A stretch of DNA of 61,933 nt, the filler included. It is 6 parts of 6 records of this genome, joined end to end, with 100 filler letters (N's around TTAATTAATTAA, not from the genome) between each part and the next. Parts side by side here need not be neighbours in the genome. Positions count along the whole stretch, not along the records: positions 51,965 to 61,933 come from SRR2962707_3088; 5 more parts are not named here. One strand, written 5' to 3'. Of the stretch, positions 52,837 through 61,319 are shown in pieces. The first letter of the stretch is position 1. Every line of letters begins with the position of its first letter. Below the pieces are notes generated by a model. It had not been told where the DNA came from. It saw only the letters and a list, made by a program, of their open reading frames with translations, and did not search any database. The position numbers and the translations under genes were made by a program.

Positions 52837-55179
52837 TCAACGAAGATTTTGTGAACGGAAATTGCCATACAGGGCCTCTGCATCACCCCTAAGCTGTATC
52901 GGAATGGGTCGCCTTTCCAAACTATCGGCACCGCTTAACAGTATCGTGGCTGCGGAGGGCGCTGCCGATGTATCAAGTTCATCTTTAGTGAACAGCATTT
53001 CGCGATGGTCGCCTTGGCCCCAAAGTTCCACCGTGGCCGCAGCACCAGAGGATGACAACGCAAAGTCCATCAGTTTGTCTGGATAGAGATGTATTCCCGC
53101 TGCAGAAATTTCTACTGCATTAATCAAGGCGGCCGCCTTAACTGATAGCTCCTCATCGCGAAACGCGACCACGGGCTGTTGGGACTGCGTGAACACCTTA
53201 AGCTTATGGAAATCGAATACGCTGCTTAGGAAGTTAACCAGAAGCACCTTAGCAAGCGCCCGATCCCCTGCATTCTTCAAGGCATCTCCGGCGCAATTAA
53301 TCAATGCTAACATTCTGGCTGACGTTCCGGAGCGTACTATTTGGTCCATAACAAATTTCGTTCCAATTTCTCGTGCATTGCAATAGATGTAGTATGTATA
53401 GACGGTAATTGCATCAAGCTTCCTGTTCGCTCCAATTTCTGCAGGAATTCTTCGGTCATGCGATGCTGCCTCAACTATGAACCGTGGAACAATTCCAGCA
53501 GCATACTCCAAACCTTGTCGCAGGTTTTCTATTCCAGTCGGAGGGCCTTCCACCAAAAAAGAGAGAATCTCAGAATTAATATGAGAGAGAAATTGCCGAT
53601 ATGTTGTCGGAGTGAATTTCGCATAAGAAAAATATTGCGCGACGAGGAACTCGATGTAGCTCTTGTGTGGAAAATAGTAATATCTTAGTGCCTTTTGTCC
53701 TAGAACTCCAGATGAACCCATTGGCTCTATCATTGAACCCAAAAGAGAGTCATTTAGTTTTGCTTCGTTCTGCTGCTCGCCTACCAAGTCTAGGGACGAT
53801 AGTGCATTTTCCAGTTCGGCTAATGTAAAACGGTTTTCCCGCTTGCTGGTGATCAGCCACCACGCCACGCTCTGCATGAATTTCGCACGAGGATCCTGGC
53901 CGATCAAATAGTCAGAAGGGGGCGCCATTCTTCGCGCCGGTTTTCTTTGCTCTCTGGAGATAAATTTGTATATGAAGTTCTCGTAGAGAGAATATCTTGA
54001 CAATTTTACGCTGTCATTGTCGATGAAGCTATCGACGATCTGTGTAAACATATTGAGTTGAACGGGCCTAGACAGTATATTGTCACTATCATTCGTTGTA
54101 ATAGATTGGGCTAGCTCAATCATTCTCTTTCGATTTTCGCTATCGAGATCTCTACTATCAGCAAAATTGGAGAGGTATTGTTCAATATCATTGTTGTCAA
54201 AGAAGCCGACTTCAATGTGTTCAAGGGCAGACGTGACAGCATTTGGGGTTTCGAATAGCGCAGACAGCGCCTTTGTTTCTTCTGAATCCGAAAGGAAGGC
54301 ATCTGGCCGACCAAGTAGGATCACTTTGGCGTCGCCAGTCAGCAATGTGCGCATTTGAGCGAAATTGAACATGAAGTCATCAAGTTCAATCGCATGCCGC
54401 ATTTCATCGAATCCGTCAAAAATAAGCAGCAAACTCCCAAGCCTGTTCATTTCCTGGAACGTACTAAACGTAAAATTCCTGACCTGCGCACCGCTCTCTG
54501 CCCCAGCGAGTGACGAGCTTATCAGTGCGTTGATGTCTTGCTTGTAAAACAACTCCCCCAGTGAAAACCTAACAGGAACGCGGCTAAATTTGCCTTCCCG
54601 GTATTCCTGCGAGAGGGAAGAGGAAAGGTACTTGCTGAATGTAGTCTTCCCTAAGCCATAGCCCCCCTTTATCACCAAGCCAGGTCGCGCACTGCCGATC
54701 CATCGACGCACTTGGGAGAGCAAATCGTGTCCATCTGCGGTTTTGCCATCGATGAGATTTATGCTTACCGGATCAGACTTGAACATATCTATATTGTGCT
54801 GAATCAATGGAAGAAGATTAATTAGACTAGATTGGAATTGATCGAACGAGCTGTACGCCAGTCCCTTAATTCTTCGTATGCTTTCATTGGGCGAGCCACC
54901 AAGCACGTGGTTGCCGATTATCCACACTTTGTCTATCTCACCAGAGTGTAGAGCAGGGTGGTACTTTTGGTATATGGAAGCGATATTGTCGCTAGTTAAT
55001 GGTCTTTTCCAATCCTTGGCCTCGATAGCAATTGTTTGAGAAAAAGCAGGATGGCTTTCGTCAACATATAGGACGTCGGCAGTGGTTGTCCCCACTCGTG
55101 CTTCGACTTCCACCTGATGATGTTGCATGCGCAGGAGCGATGCTATTCTGTCTCGCAGGTCAGATCCTGGCAGCTTCAT
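52837..55179 (-). CDS. Mrr-like PD-(D/E)xK nuclease fused to a NACHT/STAND NTPase (candidate anti-phage NLR-like protein)
   Basis: ADVLY..IAIEAKDW; Walker A GGYGLGKTT; Walker B LLIFDGFDEM; ILLGRP; RPVQL; winged-helix YFPHKSYIEFL; visibly lower GC than flanks; probable start MKLPG at 55179. Confidence 0.85.
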   Translation of the reverse strand: MKLPGSDLRDRIASLLRMQHHQVEVEARVGTTTADVLYVDESHPAFSQTIAIEAKDWKRPLTSDNIASIYQKYHPALHSGEIDKVWIIGNHVLGGSPNESIRRIKGLAYSSFDQFQSSLINLLPLIQHNIDMFKSDPVSINLIDGKTADGHDLLSQVRRWIGSARPGLVIKGGYGLGKTTFSKYLSSSLSQEYREGKFSRVPVRFSLGELFYKQDINALISSSLAGAESGAQVRNFTFSTFQEMNRLGSLLLIFDGFDEMRHAIELDDFMFNFAQMRTLLTGDAKVILLGRPDAFLSDSEETKALSALFETPNAVTSALEHIEVGFFDNNDIEQYLSNFADSRDLDSENRKRMIELAQSITTNDSDNILSRPVQLNMFTQIVDSFIDNDSVKLSRYSLYENFIYKFISREQRKPARRMAPPSDYLIGQDPRAKFMQSVAWWLITSKRENRFTLAELENALSSLDLVGEQQNEAKLNDSLLGSMIEPMGSSGVLGQKALRYYYFPHKSYIEFLVAQYFSYAKFTPTTYRQFLSHINSEILSFLVEGPPTGIENLRQGLEYAAGIVPRFIVEAASHDRRIPAEIGANRKLDAITVYTYYIYCNAREIGTKFVMDQIVRSGTSARMLALINCAGDALKNAGDRALAKVLLVNFLSSVFDFHKLKVFTQSQQPVVAFRDEELSVKAAALINAVEISAAGIHLYPDKLMDFALSSSGAAATVELWGQGDHREMLFTKDELDTSAAPSAATILLSGADSLERRPIPIQLRGDAEALYGNFRSQNLR

Positions 55180-55373
55180 TTCTGGTAACTCTGAGTAGAT
55201 TTTTTCGAAAACTGCCCTAGTTTGATCGGCCAAGCAACTGCGGACGTGTATAACTCTACCGTACACTATAGCGGCGCTTAATATGGCCAAGCGGACGTCA
55301 AAACTAATCCCCGCCCCTCCACCCCCGCTTACCCTCTCCTGTCGTTCCCACCCCCTTCCGACAGGAGTAAGCA

Positions 55374-56003
55374 GTGTTCAAAAAACCCACCATCGCCTCC
55401 GCCCAGGCCAACCCCGCGCAAGCAGCCCCCGCTGCGCGCCGGAACGGCCCATCCCCCTCGCTGAGCCTTGCCAGCCGCCACGAAACCCTGGTCATTCGCC
55501 TCACCGCGCTCCACAAGGATGTGACGACCCTCGCCACGCGGCGCGGGCGGCAGGAACTGTCCGAGGCCGTGCGCATCCTGGCCGAAGGGCTCATTGCCGA
55601 TTGCGCGCCATTTCGTGAGCCCCGCGACCGGCTGCCCGTGGCGGCGCCCGATCTGGCCGGGCTCTGCCTGCAGCTTGGCCAGGTGCTGGCGCAACTGGAA
55701 AATTACGAGCGCTGCCACACCTTCTGGAATGCGGGCGAAAATTGCTGGTGCTGGCGGCTCGATGGGGCCACCACGCCGGTCAAGCGGTTGAAGCCGCAAT
55801 TGACGCAGACAACGGGGGCGGCGCAGGGCAATTCCGGCCTGCGGGACAAATTCACCCGCATGATTCTGGTCAATCGCAACCAGGCCTATGAGCGTGGCTT
55901 TGAGGCCGGGCGCGCCGCGCGCATCGGCCCGCCCGTGCCCCAGGGTTTTCCCGAGCCCGACGCCTCGGCGAACAACAATCCCCGCCTGGCAGATCTTGAT
56001 TAA
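55374..56003 (+). CDS. Hypothetical protein (209 aa)
   Basis: GTG start with CAGGAG RBS; host-like codon usage; no recognised family. Confidence 0.65.
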   Translation: MFKKPTIASAQANPAQAAPAARRNGPSPSLSLASRHETLVIRLTALHKDVTTLATRRGRQELSEAVRILAEGLIADCAPFREPRDRLPVAAPDLAGLCLQLGQVLAQLENYERCHTFWNAGENCWCWRLDGATTPVKRLKPQLTQTTGAAQGNSGLRDKFTRMILVNRNQAYERGFEAGRAARIGPPVPQGFPEPDASANNNPRLADLD

Positions 56004-56014
56004 CGTCGATCCGT

Positions 56015-56083
56015 CCCGAAGGGCTGGGCACGCCAGTGGCGTGACCAGAAGGAAGGAGGCCATGAGACCTGCGGTCGAATGGC
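56015..56083 (+). repeat. Three-hairpin structured repeat, divergent copy
   Basis: CCCGAAGGG + CTGGGCACGCC-AGT-GGCGTGACCAG + 10 nt + GCCAT-GA-GACC-TGC-GGTC-GA-ATGGC. Confidence 0.75.
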
Positions 56084-56377
56084 AGCTTAAGTGGCGGGGT
56101 TCTTACTGCGGCTTCCAATCCGCATTCCCCTCGTCAAAAAAGTAATCCCCGCCCACCCGACCACCATTAAACTGAACCCATCTCCCCGCACGGGCAGTCA
56201 GCATGCGACTGAAGCAAGGGGAGAGCCGGTCGCGGGTGTGCGCATCACCCGCGGGTTGGATGCGCGCCACCCTGCGACGAGCGATCAATGGGGACGACAA
56301 CTCCAATAGAAATCCGGCTCCGGAGACAGGTTTCGTCTCATATAAAAAATATCCGAGACGCAATCTGTCTCCGGATC

Positions 56378-56457
56378 TGCCTGACGTGCCGTCAGGCAAA
56401 ATCTCTCCAGTGGAGAGATTTTAGGAAGGCAGGCCATGAGAGCTACGCTCGAATGGC
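56378..56457 (+). repeat. Three-hairpin structured repeat, full copy
   Basis: TGCCTGACG-TGC-CGTCAGGC + AAAATCTCTCC-AGT-GGAGAGATTTT + 10 nt + GCCAT-GA-GAGC-TAC-GCTC-GA-ATGGC. Confidence 0.8.
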
Positions 56458-56595
56458 GACGCCGCTAGCAAAAACCATCCGAACCCGATTCGGATGGCTA
56501 TCTCCGCACGCCCCCACATTTCTTCCCCGCCCCCTGCATCCATCCCCGCCGCGTCTGCGTATCTCCTTACAAGCACAAGACAGGAGCCCAACGCA

Positions 56596-57324
56596 GTGGC
56601 GAGCAACGAAAAAATCTGGATCATCGGCGGGTCGAGCGGCATTGGCGAGGCCATGGCCAAGGCCTATGCGGCACGCGGCGCCCTGGTGGTCATCTCCGGC
56701 CGCAACCGCGATGCGCTCGATGCTGCGCTTGCGCGCATCGGCCCCGGCCATCATGCGGTCGTCGCCGACGCCATCGACCGGGACAGTCTGGTTGAGGCCG
56801 CCACCCAGCACGGTCCGTTCGACCGCATCGTCTCCACCGCCGCCATCTACAATCCCGGCGCGCTCTCCAAGGCCGATCCGGACGAGGCGGCAAAAGTGTT
56901 CGCGGTCAATCTGACCGGCACCTTCAACACCGCCCAGATTGGTGCGCAGCATATCCGCTATGGCGGGCAATTGGTGCTGTTCGGCTCGGCCGCCGCCATT
57001 TTCGGCCTGCCCAATGGCCAGGTCTATTCGGCCACCAAGGCCGGCATCGTCAACCTGGCCCAGTCGCTGCGCAGCGAGCTTTGGCCGCAGGTCGATGTGC
57101 GCCTGGTCAGCCCCGGCTTTGTCCGCACCCCGCTCACTGACAAGAATGACTTCGCCATGCCGGGCCTGATGGAGCCGGAACAGGCCGCCGACCGCATCCT
57201 CAAGGGGCTCGACGGCAAGGGGTTTGAAACCGCCTTTCCCCGCCGCCTGATCTGGCCGCTCAAACTCCTCGGCGTGTTGCCGCACTGGCTGGCGTTTGCG
57301 ATTACCGCGCGGATGCGAGGTTAG
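56596..57324 (+). CDS. SDR family oxidoreductase
   Basis: WIIGGSSGIG, YSATK, SPGFVRTPLTDKNDF.MP; GTG start with CAGGAG RBS. Confidence 0.9.
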   Translation: MASNEKIWIIGGSSGIGEAMAKAYAARGALVVISGRNRDALDAALARIGPGHHAVVADAIDRDSLVEAATQHGPFDRIVSTAAIYNPGALSKADPDEAAKVFAVNLTGTFNTAQIGAQHIRYGGQLVLFGSAAAIFGLPNGQVYSATKAGIVNLAQSLRSELWPQVDVRLVSPGFVRTPLTDKNDFAMPGLMEPEQAADRILKGLDGKGFETAFPRRLIWPLKLLGVLPHWLAFAITARMRG

Positions 57325-57737
57325 GTGGTGAGTTTCGCGACCCAATATCCGGCCAGGGCCGAAATGCCCGACAGGAACCCGCCCCAGGCCAGGTCGATCA
57401 GGCTGATCTGCAGGCTCCAACCTTTCAGGGTCGAGAGGTTCGTCATGTCATAGGTGCCATAGGCCAACAGCCCCAGCGCCACCCCGGCCAGCAAGGCCCA
57501 GAGCCAGCTTCCGGCATTGAGCGCGGGCAGAATGGCAAAGCCGACAAGACCGGCAACATAGAAGAGGTAAAACAGCGCCGCCGGCAGCAGGTTCGGCTGC
57601 TCAAGCAGCAGATCGCCGATCTCGGCCCGATAAAAGCCGATGCCCAATACGGTGAGCCAGAGGAAATCGATCCCGAAGAACACCAGCGCCGTACCGCCAT
57701 AGGCCGCCAGCACCGTCAGCAGTGAAAAGCCGAACAT
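57321..57737 (-). CDS. DUF2177 family membrane protein
   Basis: IDFLWL, AALFYLFY, AYGTYDMTNLSTLKGW, IDLAWG. Confidence 0.85.
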   Translation of the reverse strand: MFGFSLLTVLAAYGGTALVFFGIDFLWLTVLGIGFYRAEIGDLLLEQPNLLPAALFYLFYVAGLVGFAILPALNAGSWLWALLAGVALGLLAYGTYDMTNLSTLKGWSLQISLIDLAWGGFLSGISALAGYWVAKLTT

Positions 57738-57746
57738 ATCCCCTCC

Positions 57747-58394
57747 TCAGATTCCCAGAATAGGCTGCACCAGGCGCACAAGACGGCTGGAGAATTTCAG
57801 CGGTGCATCGGTAATGGCCAGGCAAATGCAGTCCTGATCCGTATCCGCCACCGGCTGGTGGGTCAGCGAACCATCGGCATCCTCGATATCGCCGGGGCCG
57901 AAGCGGTCGACCTCGTCGTGGAAACTGCCCTTGAGCACCACGGTCAGCTCGCGCCCGCCATGGCTGTGCTCCGGCACTGGCTTGCCGGCAGCAATGCACA
58001 GCAGCCGGGCTTGTGTGGTCGGGTCGCCGGTCTTGATCAGGATCTGCTTGGCATTGCCCAGATTGCGCCATTTGACGGTGTCCAGGCCACCGCCCAGATA
58101 GCTGCGCAGCGGCTCGGGGATAGTGGCGCTGGCGGGCCGCGCAACCGGCGCCGCCTTGTCCTGTGGCGCTGCGGCCAGCCGGGTCTTCAAGGCCTCCCAG
58201 CTATCGGCAGGCCCCTCGACCGGCGAAAGCTCTTCGAGCAGCGCACCGCCAGTGGCTTCGGCCAACGCCAATTGGCCGCGGCACTGCGGGCACATGGCCA
58301 GGTGGCAGGCCACAGCCAGCGACCACCCTTCGGAAAGCGTGCCGGCGGCATAGTCGAGAAGCAGGTCGTCGTTGAGATGGTGATGAATGGTCAT
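57747..58394 (-). CDS. chrR: Anti-sigma-E factor ChrR
   Basis: HH..LL.YAAG.L, HLAMC..C (ZAS); cupin PEHSHGGRELT.VL.GSF.DE, HQP, CICL. Confidence 0.95.
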   Translation of the reverse strand: MTIHHHLNDDLLLDYAAGTLSEGWSLAVACHLAMCPQCRGQLALAEATGGALLEELSPVEGPADSWEALKTRLAAAPQDKAAPVARPASATIPEPLRSYLGGGLDTVKWRNLGNAKQILIKTGDPTTQARLLCIAAGKPVPEHSHGGRELTVVLKGSFHDEVDRFGPGDIEDADGSLTHQPVADTDQDCICLAITDAPLKFSSRLVRLVQPILGI

Positions 58395-59065
58395 TTCAAT
58401 TCCTCCAGCGCCGCGCGAAGGCGTCCGAAGGCCAGTCTGATGCGCGATTTCACGGTTCCGATCGGTAGCCCGGTGCGGGCGGCGATGGTGCTGTGCGAGT
58501 CTTCGTCGAAAAAGGAGAGGCGGATCAGTTCCACCTGTTCTTGTGGCAATGTCTTGAGCGCCTCATGCAGCGCCGCGCCGCATTGTTTTTGTTCCAGCAG
58601 GTCCGGCGCGTCCGGTCCGGGCGGCGGCACCAGGGCCGGGTCGTCGGGATCGAAGGCCGGTCGCTTCTGCTTGCGCCAGGCGTCGATCCAGATATTGCGG
58701 GCTATGGTGAAGATCCAGGCCGAGGCCTGTCCGCGATCCGGATCGAACTGCCCGGCCTTGCGCCAGATCGCCAGCATGGTTTCCTGCATCAGATCCTCGG
58801 CGGCCTGGCCGTCCCGGGTCAGTTTGAGCAGATAGGCGCGGATGCGTGGGCTGAATTCCTTGAAAAGTGCCTCAAATGCCGCCATGTCGGCACGGGCGGC
58901 TATCGCCACAATCTGGGCGCCGGTCTCTGTCGGCGGTGCGGCGGCGTCTGTCCGGTGCGTCATGCGAGTTTGGCCCTGTTCTGGCGCGGGCACGGCAAGG
59001 CGGCGGCGCTGTGGTCTGGCAGCATCCTCGCATGGTCCGGCAAGTGGGTAAATCGCAAGTGACAT
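58391..59065 (-). CDS. rpoE: ECF sigma factor RpoE (ChrR-paired); start 59065 or 58963
   Basis: AEDLMQETML.IWRKA..FDP..ASAWIFTIARN..ID; PIGTVKSRIRLA; overlaps chrR (ATGA). Confidence 0.92.
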   Translation of the reverse strand: MSLAIYPLAGPCEDAARPQRRRLAVPAPEQGQTRMTHRTDAAAPPTETGAQIVAIAARADMAAFEALFKEFSPRIRAYLLKLTRDGQAAEDLMQETMLAIWRKAGQFDPDRGQASAWIFTIARNIWIDAWRKQKRPAFDPDDPALVPPPGPDAPDLLEQKQCGAALHEALKTLPQEQVELIRLSFFDEDSHSTIAARTGLPIGTVKSRIRLAFGRLRAALEELK

Positions 59066-59069
59066 GCCC

Positions 59070-59099
59070 CAGATACGCCGGCCCGCGCCCGGTGGATCA
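59070..59099 (-). promoter_or_regulatory. Sigma-E promoter for rpoE-chrR
   Basis: Minus strand TGATCC-N18-TATCTG. Confidence 0.85.
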
Positions 59100-59157
59100 T
59101 GGACGGATGCAAAAAATCTGTCCGGATCACAATTGCCAAAAATATTGTCCCGGCGGT

Positions 59158-59187
59158 TGATCCATCCTTGCCGCACAGACGTATCTG
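59158..59187 (+). promoter_or_regulatory. Sigma-E promoter for the oxidoreductase-DUF1365 operon
   Basis: Plus strand TGATCC-N18-TATCTG, ending 25 nt before ATG 59212. Confidence 0.85.
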
Positions 59188-59211
59188 ATTCAAACAATCA
59201 GGACTTCAAAC

Positions 59212-60561
59212 ATGTATCACGCCGCCACTGGATTTTCAGGCTCACCCGCCACGCGGCAGCGTATTGCAGTTGTTGGCAGCGGCGTTTCTGGCCTGTCGGC
59301 GGCCTGGCTGCTCTCCAAGAGCCATGACGTGGTCCTGTATGAGGCCGAAGATCGGCCCGGCGGTCACGCCAACACGATCGACGTGCCCGGCACCGGCCCG
59401 GTCGATACGGGCTTTATCGTTTACAACGACAAGAACTACCCCAACTTCCAGGCCATGCTGGCCCATCTCGGTGTTGGCAGTATCCCTACTGAAATGTCCT
59501 TTGCCGCCTCGCTGGATCGCGGCACATTCGAATATTGCGGGGAAGGGCTTTCAGGCATGCTGGCGCAGCGCCGCAATGCGTTCCGTCCGCGCTTCTGGAG
59601 CCTGTTTCGCGATCTGCTGCGCTTTTATCGCGAAGCGCCCAAGGCACTGCATCAGCCAGATATGCGTGGCCTGACGCTGGACGAATATCTGCGGGCCCAA
59701 CGCTATTCGCGCTCATTCGTCGAGGGGCATCTGCTGCCCATGGCGGCGGCGATCTGGTCGTCCAAGGCCGAGGATATTCGCGCCTATCCGCTGTTTGCTT
59801 TTGTGCGCTTCTTTGAAAGCCACGGCCTGCTGCAATTATGGGAACGCCCCAATTGGCGCACCGTCGCTGGAGGCAGCCGCGCCTATGTGGGCGCGCTTCT
59901 GCAGGACTTTGCCGGGCAGCTTCGCCTCTCAACGCCAGTCGCCAAGGTCGTCCGTGACGCCTCCGGGGTCACTGTCACCGCCCGCACCGGCCAGGTGGAT
60001 CAGTTTGACGCCATCCTGATTGCCACCCATGCCGATCAGGCGCTTTCCATGCTCGATGCTCCCAGCGCTGCCGAACGCGAGCTGCTCGGGGCCTTCTCCT
60101 ACACCACAAACACTGCAGTGCTGCATGCCGATGCGACCTATATGCCGCGCCGCCGCAAGGTCTGGTGTTGCTGGAACTATATCTCGACCGACCACATTTC
60201 GTCGGCAAACCAGCTCTGTGTCAGCTACTGGATGAACCGTTTGCAGAGCCTGGAAGGACGCGATCTCTTCGTGACGCTCAATCCACCGGCCGACCCGCAG
60301 CAGGAGATTGCACGCTTCGAATACACCCACCCCCTGTTCGACAGTGCGGCCATCCATGCCCAGGACAATCTCTGGCAGATCCAGGGGCAGAACCGCACCT
60401 TTTTTGCGGGCGCCCATTTCGGTCGCGGCTTCCACGAGGATGGCCTGCAATCCGGCCTGGCGGCCGCCGAGGCCATGGGGTCGCTGCCGCGTCCCTGGAC
60501 CGTGCCCAATCCCTCGGGCCGGATCACGCTTGCGCCCCCCGAGGCGGCGCTGGTGGCATGA
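59212..60561 (+). CDS. FAD-dependent oxidoreductase (COG2907, RSP_1091/UfaD-like)
   Basis: IAVVGSGVSGL, GGHANT, VDTGFIVYN..NYPN, PMAAAIWS, WNY, YWMNRLQ, GFHEDG. Confidence 0.9.
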   Translation: MYHAATGFSGSPATRQRIAVVGSGVSGLSAAWLLSKSHDVVLYEAEDRPGGHANTIDVPGTGPVDTGFIVYNDKNYPNFQAMLAHLGVGSIPTEMSFAASLDRGTFEYCGEGLSGMLAQRRNAFRPRFWSLFRDLLRFYREAPKALHQPDMRGLTLDEYLRAQRYSRSFVEGHLLPMAAAIWSSKAEDIRAYPLFAFVRFFESHGLLQLWERPNWRTVAGGSRAYVGALLQDFAGQLRLSTPVAKVVRDASGVTVTARTGQVDQFDAILIATHADQALSMLDAPSAAERELLGAFSYTTNTAVLHADATYMPRRRKVWCCWNYISTDHISSANQLCVSYWMNRLQSLEGRDLFVTLNPPADPQQEIARFEYTHPLFDSAAIHAQDNLWQIQGQNRTFFAGAHFGRGFHEDGLQSGLAAAEAMGSLPRPWTVPNPSGRITLAPPEAALVA

Positions 60562-61319
60562 GCCTGAGCTCGGCCATCTATGTCGGCCAAGTGGTGCATC
60601 AGCGGCACCGCCCGAAGAAGCACCATCTGCGCTATCGGGTCTTTTCGCTGCTCATCGATCTCGATGAATTGCCTGCGCTGAACAGGCTGAAATGGTTCGG
60701 CCATAACTGCCGGGCCTTGTTCTCGTTCCGCGACGCTGACCACGGGGACGGCCTGCCCTTGCGCGACTGGGTCAACCAGAAACTGGCCAGCGAGGGGCTG
60801 GGCCCGGCGAGCCGGGTGCGCCTGCTCTGCTACCCACGCATTCTGGGCTATGTGTTCAACCCGCTCACCGTCTGGTTCTGCGATGATGCATCGGGCCGGC
60901 CTCTGGCCACGATCTACGAGGTGCACAACACCTTCCGCGAGCGCCATAGTTATGTGCTGCCGGCCGGCGCCGAGCAGGCTGCAGACAAGGCGTTCTACGT
61001 TTCGCCTTTCATCGACATGGATTGCCGCTACGAATTTCGCCTGACCCCGCCGGGCGACAAGGTGCGCATCGCGATCAACGAGACCCAAGACGACCGTCCC
61101 TTGCTCTATGCCGCGTTCACAGGGGACCGGCACGAACTGACTGACGCCAAGCTGATGCGCCTTTTCGTGACCCACCCACTGATGACCCTCAAGGTCACTG
61201 CGAGCATTCACTTCGAAGCGCTGCGCCTGATTGCCAAGGGCATCCGCATCCGCTGGTACACCGGTCGCAAGAGAAACCAACAATCCCGTCCGGCCCGGAT
61301 CATCGAGCCGCAGGATTAG
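60558..61319 (+). CDS. DUF1365 family protein (RSP_1090/UfaO-like)
   Basis: YVGQVVHQRHRP, PRILGYVFNP, EVHNTF.ERH.Y, KAFYVSPF, IHFEALRL..KG. Confidence 0.9.
   Translation: MSLSSAIYVGQVVHQRHRPKKHHLRYRVFSLLIDLDELPALNRLKWFGHNCRALFSFRDADHGDGLPLRDWVNQKLASEGLGPASRVRLLCYPRILGYVFNPLTVWFCDDASGRPLATIYEVHNTFRERHSYVLPAGAEQAADKAFYVSPFIDMDCRYEFRLTPPGDKVRIAINETQDDRPLLYAAFTGDRHELTDAKLMRLFVTHPLMTLKVTASIHFEALRLIAKGIRIRWYTGRKRNQQSRPARIIEPQD

Noticed and set aside
60165-60557. Extension of the DUF1365 ORF upstream of 60558
   Set aside because: Overlaps the oxidoreductase in another frame; the ATGA-coupled start at 60558 fits the family.
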